Positions 1 to 13,890 of a DNA stretch of 64,000 bases are shown one piece after another. Made by a program: the position numbers and the translations under genes. The stretch comes from Anolis carolinensis (lineage: Eukaryota). Positions within the stretch are counted from its first letter, which is position 1. Each line of letters begins with the position of its first letter. The notes under the pieces were generated by a model, which saw only the letters and a list, made by a program, of their open reading frames with translations, was not told where the DNA came from and ran no database searches. The stretch spans positions 83,065,574-83,129,573 of the forward strand of contig NC_085841.1 of assembly GCF_035594765.1 (NCBI RefSeq). Direction: 5' to 3'.

Positions 1-2038
1 GAGTTTCCTTGTTAGAAACAGTAGAAGTAAACAAAAAGTTTTCAAAGGAGAGAAGAGTGCTTGTGCAACAGAGTTTATCCAATACCCTAGCGTGCTCCTT
101 TTAAATTTAACTGATGTTTCTGGATGAGACAATACCCTCAAGGAAACAGTTATAACAATGTGGACACAGTGACCAATTATAAGTGTAAAGTTCTAGAGCT
201 TTCTATCATTCTCTATTCCCTATACATATCCATATTGTGGTAATACATTTATTGGGCTATCTGCATGCTCTCTGTGGGATGGAATGGGTTTGCAGTCCTC
301 ATATCAGATGTGGTGCTAATGTTAAAGTTCACGTAGAGCAGTGCTACTCTAAGTGGTGTTCCATGAATTACTGTCAGTCCATGAGCCATCATTTCCCTGA
401 TCTGGAAAAATTCCAGGAAGAAAAGGGACATGCACAAATATGGTACCAATCCTTGGCACACTGGGGCGAGTTGGAATGGTGAGGCCCCCACATCAAGTAT
501 CCTGTCATGCACTGACATAGCATAGCCTTAGGAACAAGAAAGTCAGCACACATACATATACATTCATGCATTCCTCCTTTGATCCCCCAATTTTTTTAAA
601 AAAAAAAATCCCTCCAAACTCAAAATTATCTCAATTCTGTGTGACCTCAGAATTCTCTTTGTTAGTGAAAATCAAAGCAATGCTAAACAGCTTTTATACA
701 AACAAGCCAGAAGATAAAATTAGGTGTTGGGTTAAGCAAAGAAACACAAGCCAAATTGGGTAACTTTACCTATTTAGCTGGAGAAGCTCAGAGCACCTAA
801 ATTTATCTCCAGCCTTCTCAGTACAAAGACTGTGCTGTGCCTTCCTGCTTATCACTAACAAAGGGCCTCATGAGTTTTATTGAGAATGAAGACAGTGTTG
901 TGTTTTCAAAAGGGAGAGTGCCGAGTACAGGGACTTTGTTTTCAGAGCTTTTGGGGAGGGGCATATCTTCCTTCCTAACTTATCTTAAAATGTAGCAATA
1001 ACATCGCACCTTATGAGCCTTGAGTGACTGTCTACCATGGGACACACAGCTTCGGATAGCAGATTACATGACCCTTATAACACCAAATTCCCCTTTCCAA
1101 ATTCTCTTTCCTCCTTCACGCTCCCCCCCCCCCCTTAGATAAAGAGATTTCAAAAGTTTTCACAGATTTTTGGTGTATTGGCAATTTTTAAATTTTCTTC
1201 ATGGTAGCAAAACGACTATTGTGTTCTGGCACCTTCTGTATTCATTTTTCTGTTCCTCTCTGTGTCCCCACCCGTTTTTGCTATCAAAGAAGGAGAGAAG
1301 GGGGAAGGAAATGAGGAAAGAAGGTAATAAAATACTGAGTGAGAACCCAACTATGTTATTGTCTCATTTGCCTGAAGAAAACAAAAAAAAATTAAAGTTA
1401 TTATTAAAACCTTATTAAGGTATGGAAATAGAGGTGTTAGTCAGTTACTTGTGAAAGCAGTATCAAACATGCTCGCCTATTTACATCACTGTTTAACTAA
1501 CTATCCTCAATACACAATCCAGCATTGGAGGAATGAATGGTAGTTCTCAAAGGACTGAGTTATCTTTGTAAACCATTGGACAATTTGTCTTCAGTTTCAA
1601 AAATGGAAACAATGAGTGAAAAACTAGGTTAGCAATTTGCTTCTTACCAGAACAAGCAGAGTTAATCTGCTTCTTACTGAAGATGGAGAAATTAAAATGC
1701 TGGTTCATCTCTTAATGCTTCCTTCCAGGCAGAAGCAAAAAATTGATCACAGGAGTAGCTCTTATAGTTATGTTCTAAATAATGAAGCTTCTCGTTCCCT
1801 GCTTTTAAATTGAATGATACTTGTGAACATTTGCTTAAGAACATATCACAATTAATTCATGCTCTCTGAAATCACTTAGTAAACAAAGAGGATGTGCAAG
1901 TGACCCCTTAACAATAGTGGCAAGAAGTTTTGAATGTCACTTTTATCTTCTTTTTCCCCTCCATTCTTCCATATCATACAAGAAGTTATCCCAAAGTGTT
2001 GTGTTGTGTTGTGTTGTAGAGACACACATTGTAGAGGT

Positions 2039-2041
<3 letters not shown>

Positions 2042-2082
<41 letters not shown>
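2042..2082. repeat. (GT)n microsatellite
   Basis: Seen directly. Confidence 0.98.
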
Positions 2083-2083
<1 letters not shown>

Positions 2084-2470
2084 CCATTCTGGATCTAGAC
2101 CCATTTCCAGAGAGGGAAACCAAAAGCCATCTATCAGGCAGATTTCAAGCAGATGCCAGATGTGTATCAGGTTGATTGGCTCTTCCCTACTTCACCGTTC
2201 CTCCTCTCAACTCTCCCTCCCTGCCCCACTGTTGTTTTAAACTTCTAAGAAGTGCCCCCCTCCCTTTTATAGTTAAGATTAATGAATAAACAAATGTTCA
2301 GGTGGCACAAAGTGTTTTGTTTTGAAAGCGAAGGCTGGCAGCCCACCTAAAACACAGCCTGAAGTGTCTGAACTAGTAGACCAAACTAGAGTTCAATTCA
2401 TTGGCATGGCATCTGTCATTTTATTTACAAAGCCAGAGTAAACCAGAAAGCTCAGGTCTATTTTCTATTA

Positions 2471-2796
2471 CAGGTTGAGTATCCTTTATCCAAAATGCTT
2501 GGGAACAGAAATGTTTTCCATTTTGGATTTTTTTCCAGATTTTGGAATACATGTATTTGCATATACATACATAACATCTTGGAGATGGGACCAAGGCCCA
2601 AACACAAAATTCATTTATGTTTCATACTATACACATGGTCTGAAAGTAATGTTATACATTTTAAGTAATGTTATGAATGAAATGACATTTTTGCATTGAA
2701 CCATTAGAAAGTAAAGGTTTCACTAACTCAGCTACCCATGTGGGCAATTTTGGAGCATTTCAGGCTTTAGAATTCTCAATGAGGGATACTAATTTG
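2471..2796 (+). mobile_element. Tigger4/Zombi-like MITE
   Basis: TA-CAGGTTGAGTATCCTTTATCCAAAATGCTTGGGA start; degenerate right TIR GGGATACT. Confidence 0.75.
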
Positions 2797-3507
2797 TGTG
2801 CAACTTCACATTAAATGGCACATGCTGTTCTTTGAGGATGAGTCATCTAAGTCCTCTGGTAACATCACAGCAGAAACAGGAAAACAGATGGATAAAGTTG
2901 TCCTACCTGCTTCTCTGTATGAACAGATCTCATGATCTTGAGTTTTCTTATAGATCATAACGGATATGGGCTAAGATGCCATTAATTTCAGATGTAACTC
3001 AATATTGGCACAGGACAACCCTTACTTGACTTGGCGATAGACCAGTTCTCAAGAAACACAAACATGTGAGAAGAAATCTCTTTTTCATTCAGCAGTAAAT
3101 GGTTAACTATACCTCCATTAGAAGGCAATGTGGAAGAGGGGTGGTGAACACCCTCAAGTGGGATCAGGGCCTCTACCATTCCACCCATGCTTAAAAGGGC
3201 ACTACCAAAACCAGATTTTGCTTGAAGGTTTTCTGGGTTGCTTGCATGGACTTTCTGCCATCGATTTCTTGCATGGAGTTCTTGAATTACTATCTTAATT
3301 TAATTAATTAATTAATACTTTATTCATTAATGCATCAATTTCTTGGATTGATTTTTTCCATTACTTGCATAGATTTTCTGTCCCTAGTTCACACCTACAG
3401 TTTAGTCCTCTTCGCAAGATCTACCTCTCAGTCTTCACATAGGTACACAAAGCTCGTATGTTAAGGCTTACCTTTGCTGTGGCTGACAGACCCTCACAAA
3501 GTAAGTA

Positions 3508-4296
3508 CAGTAAAACCCCGCTCGTTCGAGCCCCGCTCGTTCGAGCCTCCGTGCAATCCGAGCAGGTGAATGGGGAGGGCCGCAAAGGCCCTCCCCGTTC
3601 ACCTGCTCGCTGGCGTGCGTGTTGCTAGGTAGATACCTAGCAAACTACCTAGCAACATGCACGGGGCGCTCGCCCCTTGGGAGGTGGCCCCTGCGTGTTG
3701 CTAGGTAGCTAGTACCTCCCAAGGGGCGAGCGCCCCGTGCATGTTGCTAGGTAGCTTGCTATCTACCTAGCAACACGCACGTCCGACTCCTTTGCCACGC
3801 CGGGCGTGACGAAGGAGCCGAGGCATGGGTGGGTGGTTGGGTGGGTGAACGGGGAGGGCTTTTGCGGCCCTCCCCGTTCACCCACCCGCCGAACGAAGGG
3901 GCTTTCTTCCTTTGGCGAAGGCTTGGAGCCAGGGAAGCGGGAGTCACTTCCCTGGCTCCAGACCTCCGCCAAAGGGAGGGAGAGCCCCTTCATTGTGGGG
4001 GTGCTCCCAACCGCGGGGAGGCCTCTCCGTGGGGACCAGGGCTAGATCGGGAGGCGCTGCAAACGTCTCCCGATACAGTCCTCGTCCCCATGGAGAGGCC
4101 TCTCCATGGGGACGAGGACTGGATCGGGAGACGTTTGCAGCGCCTCCCGATCCAGCCTCTCCATGGGGATGACAACAGGATCGGGAGGCGTTTACAGTGC
4201 CTCCCGATCCAGCCTGCGTCCCACCTGGTAATCCGAGTTATCCGGTTGACTGAGTTGAGGTCCGCCCGTTTAACTCAGACTACCAGGGTTCTACTG
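3508..4296. mobile_element. Non-autonomous pogo/Tigger-like DNA transposon, GC-rich
   Basis: TA-CAGTAAAACCCC ... GGGTTCTACTG-TA termini with TA TSD. Confidence 0.8.
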
Positions 4297-4339
4297 TAAC
4301 AATAAGGTACGAATTGATGTATTTGTCTTTGCAGACTAA

Positions 4340-4482
4340 GGGCCCTTCCAGACAGGCCCTATATCCCAGGATCTGATCCTAGGTTTTCTGCTTTAAACTG
4401 GATTATATAAGTCCACACTGCCAGATAATCCAGGATAAACAGAAAACCTGGAATCAGATATAGGGCCTGTCTGGAAGGCTCC
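4340..4482. mobile_element. Palindromic MITE (PIF/Harbinger-like)
   Basis: TIR GGGCCCTTCCAGACAGGCCCTATATC. Confidence 0.75.
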
Positions 4483-7123
4483 TCAGTCTTTTCTCTCTCT
4501 CCTTTTCTCCCTCTCTTTTTCTTCTGTCAATTCTCACTCAAGATTTTCAGTTCTGCCCCCTTTCTTCCCAGGCTATACTCCCAGGAGAGCACTAGCTCTT
4601 TACCCCATAGGGAATGACCAAATGTGTAGGCAAGTTGGGATCACTGGCAAATGGGAAGCTGGGAGTCTTTCTTAAGGCTCTCCAAACTTTTCTCCTCCAG
4701 AGAAGTTTCATCCCTTGCCACAGAAGTCCTCTCTTCCTGGCTGTCATCCTTCTCTTCTAAAGCACACTGCCTTCTTCTCTACCCTTAGCTGTTGAGTTTC
4801 TAAGACTCCCATCTTTACCAGGCTGCCTTGCACTGTTTCTCCTCTCATTGCTCTTTTCATTCCTGTTCATGTCTCTTCACATCTCCATAAGAAATGACTT
4901 CTCATTTTATCTTGTCTCATTTCCTCTCTTGGATGCTCCCATTTTTGTCTCGGTTCCCCTATTTAAATTCCCTCATCTTTCCCTTGCTCGGTTCCCTTAC
5001 TTAAATCTCTCTTCTTGCCTTCAGGTACATCCTATTCCATGCCACAGCCATTGCTGGTGTTCACTGGTGCCACCACCTCCAAGTCTGTGGTCAGCTTCAG
5101 CAGCAAGAAGGTGATGCCTATGCAATAGCAGGCACCCCAGTTCTCCCAGATCTGCTCATATCGAATCATACATAGTTCCCAGATACCAGGACCCTTACCA
5201 ATCTTTTCATTTTGCCTTCTAGATGGGATATGTTGTTTGTGACCCTCCTCAATGACCGGAGGGTATTTTGACTTTCTCATCTCTCCACATCATATGGCAT
5301 TTAAATTCCCAAGTGTGATGACTCTTTTTCGGCTAATAATTAGCTTTAGGACAAAGCACTAGGTATGCTAGTCTCTTGCAACATAAAAAATAGGAAGTGG
5401 AGCGGAAGGGAAAAAAGAAGGAATGTGGCCACATCTTTAACACTATCTGGTTTTTATTTTAACAAGAGCTTTCATGAATATCAGCCCAGTTCTTTGGAGT
5501 GATATTAAGATATCATGTATAAAGTATATTTGTACAGTTGTATAAATAACCTTAGGAGAATAGTAGATAGAAAAACCTCATCAAAGATCGTTAGGCATCT
5601 CATCTATTCTAGTAGTGTAAATATTTCATTTGTAAGAAAATGTTGATCAGATAGGCAGGTTAGAGTTTTCCTGTGAAGACTAGCAGCCATTGGCTTCCCA
5701 ATTTCATTAATAATGTATGTAAAGTAGAGGGATGTACAGTAAAGATCTCAGTTACATACTATTATAGTTCAACATTTAAAAGAGAAAGAGAGACATTAAT
5801 TATCCATACATTGTAATAAAACCAACACCAAATGCCTAAATATAAATCCATTCGTATGTTACAACTTATACCACTCTTTCAAATGCTGTTAAATCTATGT
5901 GCTGAATCACAGCTGGAAAGAAATTATCCTTCCAATAAATCTTTTGGCAGTCAAGAGGGCAGGAAAAATCTATCTCCACTGATGGTACATTAAATTTCAA
6001 GGCACAGGTAAATAATTTAAAAGAACATTGTATGTTGCTAAGTATCAACAAGCTGTCTAATTTATTTAAATTCACTTTCATTTGTGTAATGATTTCTATC
6101 CAAAATGAGGCTCCAAAACATATGAGTGAAAGAATCATTAGAGGTAATACACCTCTCACAATTAGCTGATTTAAATAAACCTTTCTTGAAAAGGTACTGT
6201 GACAATTAGGATACTTGGAACAGCAGTTTATGCTGAATAAAATATAATTGCAGCTCTTTAATTGTATTTGCTATAGATGCTAAAACAGCAGACCACTGAT
6301 TAGCCAAAATTGGACATTCCCGTTCCTCATTCTATTTTTGCTGAAACCATGCATATCAATTTTTTCATTGATAATAGTACATTTTATACATAATCTTTTG
6401 GTCAAAATAAGCCTCCATTGATATACTCAATAGTGTAGGGGATTCAGAAGCATTAAAAGTCACAGGACCTAATCTAGATTGCAACTGTTGCAACTGTAAA
6501 TACTAGCCTTTAGCTATTGGTTAAACCTATCTTAGAAAGTTGAAAAAGAAGAACGCATCATCAGTACCACGTAATTAGTTTCAAGTGAATATCCCAGTGT
6601 TTGACCACGTCTTCCATAAAAAAGTTTTCTTGTCAAATTTTAAATCAGAATTTCCCCAAGTCAAGTTAGCATTGGTCAAACTGTAATTGGTTCAGCAAAT
6701 ATATCTGTCACAATGTCCTGACTGCTGAAATTATAGCTCGGTAAATCGAAAGCCTAGTAGCCATCCATTTAGGTAAAGATGTCAAAAGAGAAATAAGTAC
6801 AATATTTTAAATGTAGCAGGAAGCTAAACCTTTGTGAATTACAATTTGGATCAGTACTGTTCCATTATCCAGACAAAGGTCAAAAGGGAGCCTAGACAAG
6901 ATAGTCCACTTTGTATCTTTTTCATTGCCATTCTAGGTAGAAAGGCAACTCTCAAACGTTTCTGAAGCAGGGGCAAAGTTTGGCAAATGTTTTCCTGATA
7001 TAATCCACACACTTGCATGTCAAAGCAACAGTGTATCTGCTTTGGACTTTAATAAAAACTTTAAATGAGGTACAGAAGGCCCAGGATCCTATCCCCAAAA
7101 TAAGCTCAGCACCTTGAGCAGAT

Positions 7124-7396
7124 GGAGCCTCCAATGGCCTAGGGGATAAAAGCCTCGTGACTTGAAGGTTGGGTTGCTGACCTGAAGGCTGCCAGGTTCG
7201 AATCCCACCCGGGGAGAGCGCGGATGAGCTCCCTCTATTAGCTCCAGCTCCATGTGGGGACATGAGAAAAGCCTCCCACAAGGATGGTAAAAACATCAAA
7301 ACATCCGGGCGTCCCCTGGGCAACGTCCTTGCAGACGGCCAATTCTCTCACTCCAGAAGCAACTCCAGTTGCTCCTGACACGTTAAAAAACAACAA
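7124..7396 (+). mobile_element. tRNA-derived SINE, second family (A-rich tail)
   Basis: B-box GGTTCGAATCCC; TSD CACCTTGA(G/A)CAGAT (7110-7123, 7397-7410); homologous copy at 11811. Confidence 0.9.
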
Positions 7397-7839
7397 CACC
7401 TTGAACAGATCCTTTGAAGTATAGGATAGAACAGATTCCTCATGCCCTGAAGATGGAAGTGACCACTGCTTAAACAAGAACATTGTGAACCATACCAGAA
7501 ACAGTACAAGGAAACTATGACTTAACTGAACATCCTGGTGCCATCACTGATCACTGCAGGATCCGTTTTTTAGAAGAATGAATAAGGCCAAACTAGGTGT
7601 GGCATGGACATCTGAGTCTTTTTCTAATGGTTTAAAAAAAACAGTCCTAGTGGGTTGTAAATGAGAGATGAAGGATAGGGAGGGGAGGGCTGCTTTTTCT
7701 GCAATTTGTAAGACTTCTAGTCCTTATGGGTAAAATGGTAATGGAGCCTCACATCCTAGTGTGATTTTTAGCAAGCCAGTGGCAAAAGAGTGAAGGTATG
7801 TGAAAAGGATGTGTGAAAAGAATTGAGACCACAGGCTAA

Positions 7840-8430
7840 ACATGTGTCAACAGTGGGATGTGATAGCCAAAAAGGCCAATGCAATTCTAGGCTGCATGAA
7901 TAATAGTATAATGTCCAAATCAAGAGATAGAGCACTGCCACTTTATTCTACTTTTGTCACCTAGAATAGTGTGTCCAGTTCTCGACATCACAGTTCAACA
8001 GGGATATCAACAAGCTGGAAAGTGCCCAGAAAAAGGTAACCAAGATGGTCAATTTTTGGAGGCCAAGCCTTATGAGGAATAACTTATGGAGATGGTTATG
8101 TATAGCTCAGAGAAAAGACTCAGAGGTAACAGGACAAACAATTACATGAGCAGGTGTCATGTAGATGGAGCAAGCTTGTTTGCTACTGCTCCAAAGACTT
8201 AAAACACAAACAAATGGGTTCAATTTACAAGAAAAGAGATGACCAAAATATTAGGAAAAAAACATTTTTGCTGTAAGAACTGTTCAGCTGTGGAATAAAC
8301 TGCTCTGGAATGTAGTAGACTCTTCTTTTTTGGAGGTTGGATAGACATCTTTCAGGAGAAGTTTAGCTGTTAATTCAATGCAGGGATTTGGAATAGATGG
8401 CCCTTAGAGTCCCTTCCAACTCTAGTATTC
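7840..8430 (+). mobile_element. Old degenerate CR1 3' fragment
   Basis: Decayed ORF2 C-terminus and 3' end GGCCCTTAGAGTCCCTTCCAACTCT. Confidence 0.85.
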
Positions 8431-10201
8431 CATTATTCTTTATTCAGCCTTCCCCAGCCGCTTTTTATTCAGATTCACAGCCAACTAAGCAGCTTTCATT
8501 GTTAATAAACCTGCTGGACTGGCAGGAGAAAGGACACGGAACTCCAGATTGTATTTGCTTTGGCCCAGCCCCAGTCCTGTTATCCTAGCAATGATCCTGG
8601 CTGGAGACGAAAATGTGCAAAGTTATCCAGTAAATATAATTTATAAATTAGCTTTAGACAGTCAGTTTGTCTTTTGAGTTTCCCCTTCTCTGTACCATGA
8701 CAAAAATGTGCATTGAAAGATCTTACCACATTATCACAAGTCAAGATTTTATCTCACAGCATCATTGATAATATGGGTCGAACTTAAACATGGTGCTTCA
8801 TAACCTTGACAAACAGCAATGATATATATGTCATAGCAGCCACTATGCCAGAACTGGCATCTTATGGAAGTATCACTCCTCTGCTACCAAATTGAGTTTG
8901 CCATATGAATCCTTAGTGAGATACACAATGAAGTGTGAAATCATAAAGAGATAAACTATAATATTACTTGAAGAGCTGCTGTTTTCAATTATTTTTTATT
9001 CCAAAAGCTATGGAAGGATAATAGCATATTACAATGAGTTATTTTTAACATAATTTTTATAGCAAAGCCCAGATTAAATAACTAATGGAATTTATTTAGT
9101 GATAAATTTCCTCAAAAATGTAGCTGTGTTTGTCTTCAGTAACAAAAAAGAAGTGGTTCAATTGTGTAAACTGAAACTTTCATTAAAGTCCCATGAACAC
9201 TTGCATTTGAAGTTACTTTTACTTATATCTTTTACTCATTTTTGTAAAAAAAATAAAAAATGATGAAAGTCATTTACCAAATCACCTCAAGCCAGCATTT
9301 TAGGAGTAAAGAGTAAATATTATTCATTGCATCAAAATTAATATTGCCAGTTCATGTGTTGCCTTTCAAAACAAACAATGTTGAGTGGATTGTTACCCAC
9401 AAAAAGCAATCAATCACGTCTATTGTTATTCCTCGTAATGTGCTGCATGAAGCAAAAACTCAGAAACACACAATACAATGTCAACTGATCACAAAACAAA
9501 TATTTGTATACACTACAGAGTAAACACGATCAAAGTTACAGATGATGAGGATAAAGCAGATGACAGGAGGAAGGGAAATCAATTTTGGCAACAAAACAGT
9601 GATATACTTTTTCATCCTAGATCAGAAAAAAATAACTACAATAACAGTGTATGCCATCCCACCAGGAATAAAAATCTAGTATGAATTCAGACCCCACAGG
9701 AGTAATTATACAAATATTAAATCTCTCCTTCTCAGTGGGCTTGAAATCTTATCTTCAACTTTCATAGATTTAATTTTTGCCTTATCAACTCTTTTGAGGT
9801 TGTCTTATCTCTATCTTTCTGCTGTAGCTCTAAGATTTTATTACCTCATTATCCATTTTTTTCCTGGAGGTCATTAATAAACATATTATTCTCGTTGATT
9901 CTCAGGTAATTTCCCATTAAATTCTATTTAGTATGCAATTTGTACATTATTTGTATTCCCTTTTTCCTTCCCAACCCATAACATATTTCAGTTGTTAATG
10001 TTAATGACAATTAATTTCCTCATTGCTAATGGTCAACATTAATAAGTTAATTTTCAAACCTAATGTTCCAAGCTCCAATGATTTTATTTATTGGTACATA
10101 ATGCATGACAAACAAACAAACAGACCCATTTGGATCATTTTAACTATTCTGTTGGCTGCTGTATTTTGCCAGCAATAATACCAAATATTCTTACCAGAAC
10201 A

Positions 10202-10371
10202 CTTTACTTACTTAGGCGATCCCTCGTCGTTCGAGGACGATAGTCTTCCAACCTTGGTATCTTGGGTGTGTGTTCTTAGGTGGCTGAAGAGACCAATTCT
10301 TGACCCGCATATTCTCCCACAGTGAGGACATCGGTTTCCAGGTAGAAGGCGGTCCAAAAAAATAATAATAA
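10202..10371 (-). mobile_element. RTE-clade LINE 3' fragment with 13-bp TSD
   Basis: TSD TCTTACCAGAACA (10189-10201, 10372-10384); (TAAG)n tail; homologous to 17505-17684. Confidence 0.8.
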
Positions 10372-10664
10372 TCTTACCAGAACAACCCTATGGGACAAGG
10401 AGTATCTGACCAAAGAAAAAAATGAACCACATCCTACTGAAATCAGCCAACCACACATTTGTATGATCATCCATACAAATATCAAATCTTGCTGAAATAC
10501 TCATGTAAATCAGTAGAATTATACCCCCGTCTCCTCTTCCCAATACAGGTAATGAATTTGTGCTATTTCTTTCTGAAAATTGGCTAGAAATTAAATTGCA
10601 ATTCATACAAATAACGTGTCTTTTTTTTACCTAGCCTCTAGCCTCATTCCATCAAGGGGAAGTC

Positions 10665-10860
10665 TGTGTAGTGTACTGGATAAAGCATTAAACTATGACT
10701 GGAGACCAAGCTTCAAATTTCCGCTCGGTCAGGTCACCCAGAGGAAGACAATGGCCAAGCTCTTCTGAAGAAATCTTCTACACACAAAAATCCCTGTGTT
10801 AGGTTTGCCTTATGGCTACCATAGGTTGGAAATCATTGATAAGTACGCAACAGCAATAAT
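10665..10860 (+). mobile_element. Old tRNA-derived SINE (third family; antisense copies near 22905-23100, 39005-39200, 60565-61185)
   Basis: Mutual similarity between copies; (CAA)-like tail. Confidence 0.55.
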
Positions 10861-11059
10861 CTGACTGGACCATATACTAGTGTTGGGTACAGATGAAGCT
10901 AATGGTGCATATCAAATGCATGTTGAGCTTGCCAGCAGGTTGAACTGGACTGAATTACATTGAGTGCCACAAGTTGCTACCCGTTCTAGTTAATCCAATG
11001 CATTAGAAGCACATGGAGCTGGTACTGTATATCCCTAGCTCCAACTCTGAATATGTCCA

Positions 11060-11253
11060 CACCACTGGTCAGTTGTTGGATTAATGAATTATGGTGTTCA
11101 ATGTTTTTATATATTTTATGTATTAATTTTGGAATGTAATTTTATGCTATGTATCATTTTTAGGGCTTGATCCGCATGTAAGCCGCCCCGAGTCCCTTTG
11201 GGGAGATGGGGCAGGATATAAGAATCAAGTTGTTGTTGTTGTTGTTGTTGTTA
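11060..11253 (+). mobile_element. L2-type 3' end with (TTG)n tail
   Basis: GTAAGCCGCCCCGAGTCCCTTTGGGGAGATGGGG followed by a TTG repeat. Confidence 0.7.
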
Positions 11254-11444
11254 TTTGCCACCCCTGACATGACTACTTGTATTTAGTGACAGGAAGGGGG
11301 ATACTTGCCTATGACTCATTATCCATAGCACTTTGTGAGTGGGAGTACTCTTGGATCTGCTCTCCAAATGTCAGCACATGTAGATGTGACTGTTTAGAGT
11401 GCTTACAATCAGCTTCAGCTGATACACCAGCTGTGCCCCTTCCT

Positions 11445-12412
11445 AGATTTGGAAGACCTGAAGATGATAGTGTATGCACTGGTAACCTCAAGGTTGGACT
11501 TCTGCAATGCACTTTACATTGGGCTACCATTGTACCAAGTTTGGAAACTCAAGTTGGTTCAAAATTCAGCAGCCAGATTGGTTACAGGAACATCTAGGAT
11601 ATATTACATCTATCCTAAAATCACTCTACTGGCTGCCAATTAGTTTCTGGGCAAAGTATAAAGTGTTGGTTTTGGCCTTTAAAGCCCTACATGATTTGGG
11701 TCCAGGTTATTTACATGATCACCTTCTCCTATACAATCCACCCCCAACACTGAGGTTCAATGGGGGGCATCTGCTCAACCAGCCAGAACCAGACTAGCAA
11801 CACTCACACAGGAACCCCCAGATGGCATAGTGGACTAAGTGACTTGAAGGTTGGGTTGCTGACCTGAAAGCTGCCAGGTTCGAATCCCACCTGGGGAGAG
11901 TGTGGATGAGCTCCCTCTATCAGCTCCAGCTCCATGCAGGGACATGAGAGAAGCCTCCCACAAGGATGGTAAAAACATCAAAACATCCGGGCGTCCCCTG
12001 GGCAACGTCCTTGCAGATGGCCAATTCTCTCACTCCAGAAGCAACTCCGGTTGCTCCTGACACGAAAAAAAAAAAAACACTCACACAAAGGACCTTTTCA
12101 TCGGCCACTCCAAAACTATGGAATAACCTGCCAGAAGAACTCCGACAGCTAAATGAGCTGTCAGAATTTTATAACCATGTAAAATCCAATCTCTTCAAGC
12201 AGGCCTACCAAGATAGTCTTTAAGGATGAATTTTAAATTTGTGTCCTTTATTTAATCTTTATTTTGAGTATTTTAATATATATTTTATAGAAATACACTT
12301 TGATATGTGTATTTGTAGTGTGTTTGCAATGTTTATGTGTTTTAATTATTCTGTAGCCCACCTCAAGCCATGAGGAGAGGCGGGAAAGAAATAAAATAAT
12401 AATAATAATAAC
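11445..12412 (+). mobile_element. L2 LINE 3' fragment, interrupted by a SINE
   Basis: ALVTSRLDFCNAL, VQNSAARL, LYWLP, LWNNLP motifs; (AAT)n tail. Confidence 0.9.
11811..12075 (+). mobile_element. tRNA-derived SINE (same family as 7124) inserted in L2
   Basis: TSD AACACTCACACA; poly(A) tail; the L2 frame resumes after it. Confidence 0.9.

Positions 12413-12472
<60 letters not shown>
12413..12472. repeat. (TAT)n microsatellite
   Basis: Seen directly; abuts the L2 tail. Confidence 0.97.
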
Positions 12473-13589
12473 GGTTGACCTAGTGCAAAGCAGGAGTTAA
12501 TTTTGAGTGATTATAAAACTATAGATGTAATAGTTACCTGACAGTTTGGAAATAAATCTCCAAAATGATAGTTTTCTAGGTAGAATGCAAAGACAGTACC
12601 ATGCTGGCAGGACTAATTGATTCTGAAAACGTAAAGGGAAGCAGGGGGCCTCAAGGGCTAAGAGCACAGATAATTTAAGAAGAATCTGGATGTCAAGTAT
12701 CTGAAAACAGAGACAAATAAGAGGGAGTTCGTGTGGGAAGGAATTACTGGCAAGGGTTTGGAAGTGATAAATTAATTGTAGAAAGGATTTAGCCAACTAA
12801 TCTGCGTTAAAACCAGAAAACCAATATAGTCTGACTGCTCTTTCACATCCTGCTGCTAATTGTTATTAACATTTATCTCATTTCATTAGCTGGAGATGTA
12901 CATTCTTGAAAATCAAATGATCATGGAGAAAAATAATGTGAAATAGTGTAGCATATTCTGTCCTCAAAATATCAATACTTTTCATATACAGGATACAACT
13001 GAGATATATTAAACTCACCCGAGCTATGTTGGTTTCAAAGTCATTTTGTAATTTAAATTTTGTATTGAAATTGTAGCAATTTAATGAAAAATATTAATTA
13101 ATTCTTTTATTTGATATCACATCTTTCTCTTGACATGGGACCCAAGTCAGGTGATGAGAAGACTAAAACAAAATGAAGCTTTAAAAAACTGATAATAAAA
13201 AATGAAACACTATTAAACATATGTGTGTGTGTGTTGATGTATGGCAAACCTATGAATCCCATAGGATTTCCTTAAGAAATAAACAGATGGTTTTGCCAGT
13301 TCCTTCTTCCAATGGTATTCAATGACAGTCTCCCATCCAAGTACTAAGCATTTGCTTAGCTTCCAAGATAATGCTACAAAAACGGTGTCAATAGAAATAA
13401 ACAATTCAAAACAATTTTCAATACTCACTCTTGTGTTAAAGCGATTCTAGAGTGTCGATCTTCTCATACAAACTTAAATATATATGTTCTCATACAAATA
13501 TAAATGTATGTATTCATAAATCTCAAATGAAAGCCAGTCCAAATATCTGGTATATATACATGACACAACAGGATCTGGTGCCTTTATGC

Positions 13590-13890
13590 TATTACACTGC
13601 TGAAGTTGCTGACTGAAATGTCAGCAGTTCGAATCTGGGAAGCAGGGTGAGCTCCCATTGTTAGGCTCAGCTTCTGCCAACCTAGCAGTTTGAAAACATG
13701 CAAATGTGAGTAAATCAATAGATACTGCTTCTGTGGAAAGACATCGGCGCTCCATGCAGTCATGGCGCCCACATGACCTAGGACGTGTCTATGGACAACG
13801 CTGGCTTTTCGACTTAGAAATGGAGATGAGCACCAACCCCCAGAGTTGGACACAATTAGACTTAATGTCAAGGGAACCCTTTACCTTTTT
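13590..13890 (+). mobile_element. Sauria SINE, older copy
   Basis: Homologous to 15331-15647. Confidence 0.85.

Noticed and set aside
7124-7215. tRNA genes at SINE heads (also 11811, 14957, 15331, 60768)
   Set aside because: A/B boxes belong to SINEs with TSDs and tails; no complete cloverleaf
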